A DNA stretch of 64,000 nt from positions 96,001-160,000 of the forward strand of contig CAZVGK010000002.1 of assembly GCA_964626665.1 (NCBI GenBank). The letters run 5' to 3'. Positions 10,315 to 18,340 of the stretch are shown here, piece after piece (positions within the stretch are counted from its first letter, which is position 1; each line of letters opens with the position of its first letter). The notes under the pieces are model-generated. The model searched no databases. It saw nothing but the letters and a program-made list of their open reading frames with translations, and had not been told where the DNA came from. The stretch comes from an uncultured Gemmatimonadota bacterium. Its GTDB lineage: Bacteria > SM23-81 > DAOVCL01. Both the position numbers and the translations under genes were made by a program.

Positions 10315-11354
10315 ATGAAACGTATGAATCCGAATACTTCCATTAGAGAGAAAGGACATCGGCTGCCCAGAGAGCTTTATCGAGGGCAAATAGCTGTTGC
10401 TTTCACGCTCTGTACTACACTTTTGCAAGATCTTGTTTTTTTGATAAACTTTTTTCAGGGTGCCTTAAGGGAATCTTCAGTTAAAGCTGAGAGGCGCAAG
10501 ATTGCTTCGTCGTTTCACTCCTCGCAATGACATATTCCTTTGCCTGTCATTGCGAGGCTTGCCTGAGCCGAAGCCCTGAACGAAGCGAGGTGGCAAGCCG
10601 AAGCAATCTCCTGCTTCTACTGCACTTTAATGCGAGTTACTATGGAGTGCGTCAACTCCTGTTGACGCATGCTGTGACAGGAGTCACAGCACTCCAAAAG
10701 GGGCTAAAGCCCTATCCACCCCAGCTAAAGCCGGGTAGAAAAAAGCTCACCCTGAGCTGTCAGACCCTCCCCGAGCCGTCAGAACCCCAATTCTGACGGC
10801 AGAAAGAGGTGGTGGCAGAATCGGGGTTCTGCCACCTCAACAAGAGAGATCGCAGTGAATAGGAACGTTTTCTTATCTATTCGTGTTCTATCAGTGTAAT
10901 CGGTGTAATCCGTGGCCCTTGTTTGGTTACGGCTTCGCTGCGCTGTGTAAAAGGTAAATTTTCTTTCCTGGAGAATCCGCAGATAGCAGAGATTTGCATC
11001 GAATTTTTAGAAGAGACTGCGTCCCTTTCTGGATGCATTGTGGTAGTATATCGTTTTATGCTTGATCATGTCCATTTTATTCTTTCTGGTATAAAAGACG
11101 ATGCTAACCTATGGGGAGCCGTAGTGCGTTTTAAACAAAAGACAGGGTTCTACCTGAAGAGACGCAATGGTCTATTTCAATGGCAAAAGGATTTTTACGA
11201 TCATATAATTCGTCAAAACGAAAATCTAATAACGCAGGTTAGATATATTCTGGATAATCCTGTACGGAAAGGATTAGTGAATAACTGGAATGATTATCCC
11301 CTTAAGGGGAGTATAGGCATTAGGTTAGAGGAAGTGTTGCGGGGATGTCTATAA
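10315..11354 (+). pseudogene. REP-associated tyrosine transposase (RAYT/TnpA-REP, Y1 HUH) split by an insertion
   Basis: N part 10315-10413 (HRLPRELY...AFTLC) joins in frame to 10947-11354 (VKGK...MLDHVH...WQKDFYDHIIR...YILDNPVRKGL), giving 168 aa; REP doublets on both sides. Confidence 0.88.
10414..10946. mobile_element. 533-bp non-autonomous insertion with asymmetric ends
   Basis: CTGT at both junctions (10410-10413, 10943-10946); precise removal restores the RAYT frame; both ends recur at 63461-63635. Confidence 0.8.
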
Positions 11355-11368
11355 CCGAGTATTACTAT

Positions 11369-11423
11369 GGTAGCCGCGACCTCGTAGGTTGCGAAAATAC
11401 GCAGACTGAAGTCTGCGGCTACC
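11369..11423 (+). repeat. REP doublet, right flank of RAYT
   Basis: Near-identical to 10243-10296. Confidence 0.85.
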
Positions 11424-11455
11424 AGGGGATTTTGAATTAAATTAAAGGATTGATT

Positions 11456-11677
11456 ATGCCTAAAAATAACGCAAAAGCAAATGAGGTCAACCAGACTGGG
11501 CTTTACTGGCCAGGGAAGCGAACGGAAATAGAAAGGGTTATCCTTCCCTTTCAGGTAGTAGAGACCATCAATGAGTCCAAGGCAGACAGGGAGAAAGCCC
11601 AGAGGGATGCCTGGAGCAGGGGCCTGGATTCCTATCTCCAGATGATGTATGATCGGCGGTGCTGGCTAAACCCGTAA
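11456..11677 (+). pseudogene. Remnant of a type III Mod-like site-specific DNA methyltransferase
   Basis: LYWPGKRTEIERVILPFQVVETINES (Mod-like N-terminus) fused to RDAWSRGLDSYLQMMYDR (normally after the catalytic DPPF/Y motif); catalytic and SAM motifs absent. Confidence 0.6.
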
Positions 11678-11691
11678 GCAGGGGGTAAAGG

Positions 11692-12819
11692 ATGGCTAAA
11701 CTTGAGCAGATTATACTACAGCTCCGGAAAGAATTACAAAAATGGCGTGGTAAATCCATTAAGGAGAAATCTACCTGTATGGTATTTATCGAACCGCTTT
11801 TGGAGGCTTTAGGTTGGGATACCAGAGACCTAAATGAGGTGGAGCCTGAATATACAACGGTAGACGGAAAACAAGTAGACTATGCATTAAAGATTACAGG
11901 AAAACCAGCCCTCTATTTAGAAGCTAAACCCCTGGACGATGACCTGAAAGACCTTAAAGCCATTACGCAAATTGTCAATTACGCTAATGCTGATGGACTT
12001 GATTGGTCTGTGCTGACTAATGGGGTTCGGTATCAAGTTTATCGAAGTTCCGAAAAAGTTCCCGCACCAGACAAACTTCTCTTTGAATGTTCGTTAGACT
12101 CCAAGGATAATCCAGGAGTCCCCATCGAGGAGATCGCTCGCATGCTTAGCCGCTTATCAAAGGAGGCGATTGCTGAGGGAAAACTTGATTCTTGGGGTAA
12201 AGCCATATTTACAGATATGAAAATCCGGAAGTCCTTAGAGCAGATTTTCATGGATCCTCCTCGTGCGTTACTCAACCTGGTGAGGACAGTAAGCGGTGAT
12301 CCTTCCCTCCAGCCTAAGGAAATTAGGGAGTCCTTCGTGCGAATTTGGCAGGGGACTCAAGAAGGTCAGAACGCAGAGTTGGCTTTCAAGGCCCAAAGAG
12401 TGCAGGAGTTCGAGACGGCAAAAGTAGGGAAAGGTGTGAAACCTCAGTATTCTCTGGAACAACATATTCAAGGGAAACCTCAAGCTACTGTGGAGTTGTT
12501 CCGTCGGCTCGATGGAGCAATTTTGGCATTTGCTCCAGGAGGGATCCAAAAGCAACCTCGCAAGCATGTGATAAACTACCTACACAATGGGAAGATCTTC
12601 TGTGGTTTGCATATACTGAAGAGCAGCTTGAGAATCTGGGTAAAACTTAGATATGAGGATTTGGCCAATCCGCCCGATTTCGTTCGTGATGTGAGCAAGA
12701 TCGGCCACTGGGGTGTGGGAGAGACTGAGATCGACTTAAGCGACGAAGGGCAACTGCAAGCAACTTTGCGCTTAATTCGTGATAGTTTCGAAAGGAGGCT
12801 GGAGACAAACGTCCTATAG
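11692..12819 (+). CDS. Putative restriction-type nuclease: HsdR_N-like PD-(D/E)xK domain plus C-terminal DUF5655
   Basis: FIEPLLEALGWD, VEPEY, VDYAL..LYLEAK, Q..NY, LTNG..Y; C-terminal RDVSKIGHWGVGETEI. Confidence 0.75.
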   Translation: MAKLEQIILQLRKELQKWRGKSIKEKSTCMVFIEPLLEALGWDTRDLNEVEPEYTTVDGKQVDYALKITGKPALYLEAKPLDDDLKDLKAITQIVNYANADGLDWSVLTNGVRYQVYRSSEKVPAPDKLLFECSLDSKDNPGVPIEEIARMLSRLSKEAIAEGKLDSWGKAIFTDMKIRKSLEQIFMDPPRALLNLVRTVSGDPSLQPKEIRESFVRIWQGTQEGQNAELAFKAQRVQEFETAKVGKGVKPQYSLEQHIQGKPQATVELFRRLDGAILAFAPGGIQKQPRKHVINYLHNGKIFCGLHILKSSLRIWVKLRYEDLANPPDFVRDVSKIGHWGVGETEIDLSDEGQLQATLRLIRDSFERRLETNVL

Positions 12820-13055
12820 GGTCATACTTGAAATGGTTCTGGGTCAAAGTAGCTATATAGCCCAGTATATGCATAGGCTTAGAGTTTCCCCTTTGTGCCT
12901 CTCCTGCTGTGTGATTATCGGTGTTGAACTATCGAGGAAAACTGAAACCTACTGAGGTTTCTCGAAGTAGATACCTTGGAAAGGAAGCTGGCCTATGGTA
13001 AATTTTGTAGTGAGGTGGTGGGGTGGGAAAATTCAAACCTTATCAGGGGGTTAGA

Positions 13056-14999
13056 ATGAAGAGAGTTTACTGGGTTTTCCCCTTCCTCCTATTGGGGCTT
13101 CTGGCCTGGGGCTGTGCTGCCCAGCGCCAAGCGATTCCAACGGGGATGGTGCAAACTCTAAAAGGGATCCAGGGCGAGAAATATCCGGATGCTAATGCGG
13201 TGGTCGTTTTTGATAGCATAAGAGTAGACCTTCAGCCCTCGGGGAAATATGTCCAGAGGGAGCACAAGCTGGTCAAGATACTCACTGAGCAGGGAAAGGA
13301 GAACTACAGTCAGGCCAATTTCGGCTATTTCAGCCTTTACGATACCGTCATAGTGGCTATGGCTCGGGTCGTGGGACGAGGGGGGACAACTATCAATGTC
13401 CCCGCGGAGGAGATTAAGGACATTCCCCTTCCTGTCTTTGGGAAGTTTTTCCTACCCAATGTGAGGGAGAAGATCATTACCTTCCCTAACTTAGTCCTGG
13501 GTTCTTCGGTTGAGTTTATCACCAAAGACATAATGAGGAACCCACCAATGGAGGATAATTTTGACACCTACCTCCTCTTTGAGGGGATGGATCCCCTCTC
13601 CTGTCAGGTATTTGAGCTCATAGCACCCAGGGGAATGGAGGTCAAACATCTGGTGAAAAATGGGAAACTAAATTTTTCCCGCCAGGAACTGGGAGATAAA
13701 GTACTCTACCGCTGGGAGGCAAGAGGTGTCCCCCGAGTTATCCGTGAGACCGGTATGCCACCACTATGGGATGTGGCAACTAAACTCCTGATCACCACTG
13801 TCCCCTCCTGGGAGGATTGGTCCAGATGGTATTACGAGGTGGCCAGCCCCACCTTTGAACCCGATCAGGCCATAAGGGATAAGGTGACCGAATTGACCTC
13901 AGGTCTGCAGACAGAGGAGGAGAAGATCAGGGCCCTCTACTATTTCGTATCCCAGAAGATAAGATATGTGGGCACCTCTATGTCCGGGAAAAAGTCTGGA
14001 TTTAAACCTTTTCCTGCACCTAAGACCTTCAAACAACAGTTTGGGGTCTGTCGGGACAAGGCGGCCCTCTTGGTCTCTATGCTCAAGGTTCTGGGGGTGG
14101 ATGCCTATATCGTCCTGACCAATCCTGTTATCCGTGTAGAGAAGGAACTTCCAGCGGATCAGTTTAATCACGCCATAGTGGCTATAAAGAATTCCGAGGG
14201 AAAGTTCTGGTGGCTCGATCCGACTGCAGAGGATACCAGAGAGTTTCTCACCCCCTTTGAGCAGGACAAGGCCGTGCTGGTCTCCAATCAGCAGGGGGAG
14301 GACTTAGAGTTTACCCCTGTAATACCACCTACCGATGGGATGGCCCATATAGTGGCTGTATCCTCTCTCAAACCCGACGGCAGCTTGGAGAGCCAGGTGA
14401 CCATGGAGCCGCATGGGTCCTATGATGTTGTCTTCCGCTCCTGGCTGAAGCGGATACCTCCAATGCAGAGGGAGATGATGTTTCAAGGCCTCCTCCAATC
14501 GGTCTCCCCCGGGGCAATGGTAAAAAACATAGAGATCTCAGACCTGAGCGATCTCTATACCCCAGTGAAGATAGAGATCGACTACACAGTTGCTGACTAT
14601 TGGATGAAAGCCGGCGACTACTATCTCTTCTCAGCCCCTACTGCCGTGGGGACATTCGACTTTCTCTCCTTTGCCTTCCTCAGGGGGGCAAGTTTACCCC
14701 AGAGGAATTATCCACTGAATATCAGGACCACTTTTGGTTCCTCCATTGAGGAGGAGATCAATCTCCCCCCGGGCTTTATCCTGAAGGCCATTCCCTCGGC
14801 GATAGAGAGTTCCTATCCTCATTTTTCCTTTCAAGCCTCCTATCAGACCCAGGGAAAGAAGGTGCGCTTCACCAGGAGAGTCCTCTATAATCAGCCAAAG
14901 ATTTCCCTCGCTGAGTATGGGGATCTGAGGGATATGTTACAAGGAGTGGAGAGATCTTCTAAGGGGAAGATCATATTAGTGGCTAAACAAAATTTATAG
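13056..14999 (+). CDS. DUF3857 plus transglutaminase-like lipoprotein (catalytic triad intact)
   Basis: Lipobox LAWG-C after likely ATG 13056; GVCRDKA, FNHAI, WLDPT. Confidence 0.85.
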   Translation: MKRVYWVFPFLLLGLLAWGCAAQRQAIPTGMVQTLKGIQGEKYPDANAVVVFDSIRVDLQPSGKYVQREHKLVKILTEQGKENYSQANFGYFSLYDTVIVAMARVVGRGGTTINVPAEEIKDIPLPVFGKFFLPNVREKIITFPNLVLGSSVEFITKDIMRNPPMEDNFDTYLLFEGMDPLSCQVFELIAPRGMEVKHLVKNGKLNFSRQELGDKVLYRWEARGVPRVIRETGMPPLWDVATKLLITTVPSWEDWSRWYYEVASPTFEPDQAIRDKVTELTSGLQTEEEKIRALYYFVSQKIRYVGTSMSGKKSGFKPFPAPKTFKQQFGVCRDKAALLVSMLKVLGVDAYIVLTNPVIRVEKELPADQFNHAIVAIKNSEGKFWWLDPTAEDTREFLTPFEQDKAVLVSNQQGEDLEFTPVIPPTDGMAHIVAVSSLKPDGSLESQVTMEPHGSYDVVFRSWLKRIPPMQREMMFQGLLQSVSPGAMVKNIEISDLSDLYTPVKIEIDYTVADYWMKAGDYYLFSAPTAVGTFDFLSFAFLRGASLPQRNYPLNIRTTFGSSIEEEINLPPGFILKAIPSAIESSYPHFSFQASYQTQGKKVRFTRRVLYNQPKISLAEYGDLRDMLQGVERSSKGKIILVAKQNL

Positions 15000-15008
15000 G
15001 GAGGAAAA

Positions 15009-16973
15009 ATGTGGAGGAAAATAGGCTTGGCGATTATCTCCCTCTGCTTGCTCATTGGGGGAGGAATAAAGGGTATAGCTCAAGGGGAGAGCATCCAGGA
15101 GATCGTGAGAAATTCACCCTCTGCCTCCGACTATCCCCAGGCCGGAGCCCTTATCCTTTTGGATGATACCAGGGTTGTCCTCACAGATAAAGGAAACATA
15201 ACCCAGAGACATCTTTTGGTTAAGCTCTTTAAGAAGAGGGGAATTGAGAAGTGGGGGGATATAAAGCAGAGGTATGACAAATCCCACCAAAAGGTGAAGA
15301 TCGATATGGCCCGCACATTTAAGCCGGACAGTTCAATAGTGGAACCGCCAGCCGATGCCATTTCCGATGTCAGTGCGCCTGAGGTGCAGTGGGCCTCTGC
15401 CTACTCCAATGCGATGATGAAGGTCGTCTCCTTTGCCGGCCTGGAGCCGGGATCGGTGATAGACTATAAATGGGAGGTCAGATCGGAGAAGAAGGGGGGT
15501 GGCTTATTATCCAAGTTCTTCGGCTGGCTTAAGGGAAGGCATAAAAAGGATTTCTGGACTGGGACTAGATTTCAGTCCACAGATCCTATTGTGAAGAAGA
15601 GCTTTACCTTCGATGCCCCGGCAGATTTCCAGTTTAAGCCGGCCGTTCTCAATGGGGATATAACCCCTCAAAAAAGAGAGGAGGGGAAGAGAGTAGTTTA
15701 TACCTGGGAGGTAAGTGATAAAAGGCAGATAATTGAGGAGCCCGATATGCCTCCTCTGGCCCGGATTGTCCCTCGCCTTCTCATTACCACATTTGGAAAT
15801 TGGGAGGATGTGGCAAAGTGGTTCGCCAAGAAGTTTTATCCTCAGGTTAAGCCGACTGGCCAGGTAAAAAGAGAGGCTACAACCCTTACCTTTGGGGATA
15901 CAACTGAGAAGGAGAAGATAAGAGATATCTTTCTTTTTGTGGTCAAAGAGATTAGGACCGTCTATCTCCCCTTAGGCCAAGCGGGATATAAGCCAAATTC
16001 AGCTTCCCAGGTCTTGGAGAACAGGTATGGTGACTATCGGGATAAGGCCGTCCTCCTGGTTTCCCTGCTTAAAGGGGTGGGAATAGAGGCCTATCCGGCT
16101 TTTGTTAACCACTCTCAGGTGGAAATTGATGAGGATTTGCCTTCTCCAGGCCAATTTAATGATTTGATTGTCGCCGTCCCGCAGGCTAAAGGAGGCTACC
16201 TCTGGCTCGACCCTGCGGCGGAAAACTCAGGCTGGGGTTATCTCCCCCCTGAGGAGCAGGGAACCAAGGCCTTGGTGGTCAAACCGAACGGAGGGAAGAT
16301 AGTGGACATTCCCCTGCTTCCCCCGGAAGAGAACAGGTCGTTAGCTTCGATGAAGTTTGATCTGGCCTCAGATGGCAGTCTGTCCGGAGTGGTGACCAAT
16401 CGGTTAAAGGGGTTCATCGATCAAAGGGCCAGATCTGCACTTAAGGACAAGACACCTCAAGAGTTGGAGAAATTCTTCCAGGAGGCAGCAAACCGTGTCT
16501 CCCAGGGGACCGAGCTTGTCTCCGATAGCCTCACCGATTTGAAGAACTTAAATACCCCGGTGAGGGTTAAGGTGTCCTTCAAATCCCCCCAATATGCCAT
16601 TTTAGAGGGGCAGATGATGCTCTTTGAGATTCCCTCGAATCCCCTCTCCTTCTTCGGGGTTTTCCCTACCCTTCCCTTCAGGAAATATGATATGCTCATC
16701 CCCTCCCCGGTGAGAATGGAGGAGAGAACGACGATTGAGATCCCCCCTGGCTTTATGGTGGCGCATCTCCCTGCAGAGATGAAGATCGATAAGCCTATGG
16801 GGGAATTTAGCCTTAGCTGCCAACAAAAGGGGAGGCAGATCATCTACACCAGAAAGCTTACCCTAAAGGTAAAGAGGGTGGGAAGGGGGAGGTACTGGGC
16901 CTTAAAGCAGATGTTTGATAAGTTGGCCAAGCCCCAGACAAGGCTGGTTATCTTGGAGAAGGAGGCCGCATAA
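15009..16973 (+). CDS. DUF3857 plus transglutaminase-like secreted protein (triad degenerate)
   Basis: Signal peptide; paralog of the upstream gene but with GDYRDKA and FNDLI. Confidence 0.85.
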   Translation: MWRKIGLAIISLCLLIGGGIKGIAQGESIQEIVRNSPSASDYPQAGALILLDDTRVVLTDKGNITQRHLLVKLFKKRGIEKWGDIKQRYDKSHQKVKIDMARTFKPDSSIVEPPADAISDVSAPEVQWASAYSNAMMKVVSFAGLEPGSVIDYKWEVRSEKKGGGLLSKFFGWLKGRHKKDFWTGTRFQSTDPIVKKSFTFDAPADFQFKPAVLNGDITPQKREEGKRVVYTWEVSDKRQIIEEPDMPPLARIVPRLLITTFGNWEDVAKWFAKKFYPQVKPTGQVKREATTLTFGDTTEKEKIRDIFLFVVKEIRTVYLPLGQAGYKPNSASQVLENRYGDYRDKAVLLVSLLKGVGIEAYPAFVNHSQVEIDEDLPSPGQFNDLIVAVPQAKGGYLWLDPAAENSGWGYLPPEEQGTKALVVKPNGGKIVDIPLLPPEENRSLASMKFDLASDGSLSGVVTNRLKGFIDQRARSALKDKTPQELEKFFQEAANRVSQGTELVSDSLTDLKNLNTPVRVKVSFKSPQYAILEGQMMLFEIPSNPLSFFGVFPTLPFRKYDMLIPSPVRMEERTTIEIPPGFMVAHLPAEMKIDKPMGEFSLSCQQKGRQIIYTRKLTLKVKRVGRGRYWALKQMFDKLAKPQTRLVILEKEAA

Positions 16974-17042
16974 AGGCTTTGTAATCCACCGAGGGTGGAG
17001 TCAAGGTTGGCCCAAGCTTTGCTCGCGGTTTGGCCAGCTTAG

Positions 17043-17107
17043 CCAAGGGACTTCGGAGGAGGAGTATTAGCCCTGATAGCCTGGCGCAGGCCTCCGAAGC
17101 CCCTTGG
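17043..17107. repeat. Long intergenic hairpin
   Basis: CCAAGGG-A-CTTCGGAGG ... CCTCCGAAG-C-CCCTTGG. Confidence 0.5.
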
Positions 17108-17132
17108 TTTAGCGGGAAAAGGGGATGTAAGG

Positions 17133-17630
17133 ATGATCTTTTATGAGGAGATATTGAGGTCGTTTCAAAAACATGAGGTTAAATATCTACTCGTGGGCGG
17201 TTTTGCTGTCAATCTTCTTGGTTCAATGCGCAGCACTGCTGATTTAGATATTCTCGTTGAGCTAAGCGATGATAACCTCAGAAAGATCGTCAAAATTTTA
17301 ATAGAACATGGTTATCGGGTAAGACAACCTGTTGACCCAATGGAAGTTGCAGAGGGGGAGATACGAAGGGATTGGATTGAAAATAAGCATATGAAGGCTC
17401 TTAACTTCTATAAAGAAAATGAGTTAAAGGAAGTGGATATAATCATAGAATCTCCTGTCTCCTTTGAGGAGGCTCGAGAAAGCTTTATACCTATGAAGAT
17501 TGATGATTTGGTTTTGCCCGTAATCTCTATAGATAAGCTAATCAAGATGAAGCAGAGCACAGGAAGAACTATTGATAAATTGGATATAGAGGAGTTAGAA
17601 AAGATCAAAAAACTAAAGGAGAATATGTGA
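17133..17630 (+). CDS. Nucleotidyltransferase-fold protein (DUF6036/AbiEii-like)
   Basis: YLLVGGFAV..G..RST.DLDI motif; LIKMK..TGR..D..DIE at C-terminus. Confidence 0.8.
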   Translation: MIFYEEILRSFQKHEVKYLLVGGFAVNLLGSMRSTADLDILVELSDDNLRKIVKILIEHGYRVRQPVDPMEVAEGEIRRDWIENKHMKALNFYKENELKEVDIIIESPVSFEEARESFIPMKIDDLVLPVISIDKLIKMKQSTGRTIDKLDIEELEKIKKLKENM

Positions 17631-17788
17631 TTACTAAGTGGGAGACGGAAGAGGAGCGTCTTCTGAGACTTATGAAAATACCTCCCAAGAAAAAGTTGGA
17701 GTGGCTCAGGCAGATGAATGAATTCCTTGTAAAATCCTCATCGAAACGCGACAAGCTAATTAGATGGGAATTGAGGAAAATGCGATAG
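17627..17788 (+). CDS. Small 53-aa partner protein (not in ORF track)
   Basis: GTG overlaps the upstream TGA; MITKWETEEERLLRLMKIPPKKKLEWLRQMNEFLVKSSSKRDKLIRWELRKMR. Confidence 0.65.
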   Translation: MITKWETEEERLLRLMKIPPKKKLEWLRQMNEFLVKSSSKRDKLIRWELRKMR

Positions 17789-17914
17789 TTTTGTTCAACA
17801 GGTCAGTATTTTATGAATGGGAAGGTCTTTAGTCCGACCTATTCATAAATTTCCAATGGATTGGTGCAATCTTATGTCGCCTTGGAAATTAGGGATAACC
17901 CCATCGGCAAAATT

Positions 17915-18280
17915 GAGGGGGCAGAACCCTGTTCTGCCCGGTCAGATCAGGGGATCTGACCCTCTGCTTGGCAATTTGCAGCTACTGTGCAGATTTTTAT
18001 GATAGACTGCACTGCAAAAAGGTCGAAAAATTAGGTAGCCGCAACCTTTAGGTTGCGTAAGTAGTGTCTGTCCGGGATTCCAGTTTTGAGGGAAATGTCA
18101 TTGCTCGCCCTGTTAGATATCAATAACATCTTGGCAAGAACCAAAAATTATGGGGCTTATCTAACAGGGCGAGGAGTGAGGAACGAACGACGAAGCAATC
18201 TTTCTATTCTTAGGAGATTGCTTCGCTCCTTTCAGTCGCTCGCAATGACGGATATTTCAATTTTGGTAGTTTCCGGGCAG
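17915..18280. repeat. Cluster of nested palindromic repeats
   Basis: GGCAGAA..TTCTGCC/GTCAGATC..GATCTGAC (17915-17960); single GTAG REP (18034-18057); GTCATTGC..CGAAGCAATCT..GAGATTGCTTCG..GCAATGAC (18097-18249) with nested CTCGCCCTGTTAGATA..TATCTAACAGGGCGAG. Confidence 0.75.
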
Positions 18281-18340
18281 CCATTAAGTAGTTGATTTGT
18301 AATTTGAGATAAAAAATAGGAAGTGTCCCTATTTTAAGAG

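Noticed and set aside
10527-10796. Short ORFs in repeat clusters (also 17817, 18086, 35385, 37395, 54127, 54898)
   Set aside because: Translations of palindromic repeats or antisense frames without RBS or protein motifs
10414-10946. CRISPR array or group II intron inside RAYT
   Set aside because: No constant repeat with unique spacers and no cas genes; no GTGCG start or domain V motif
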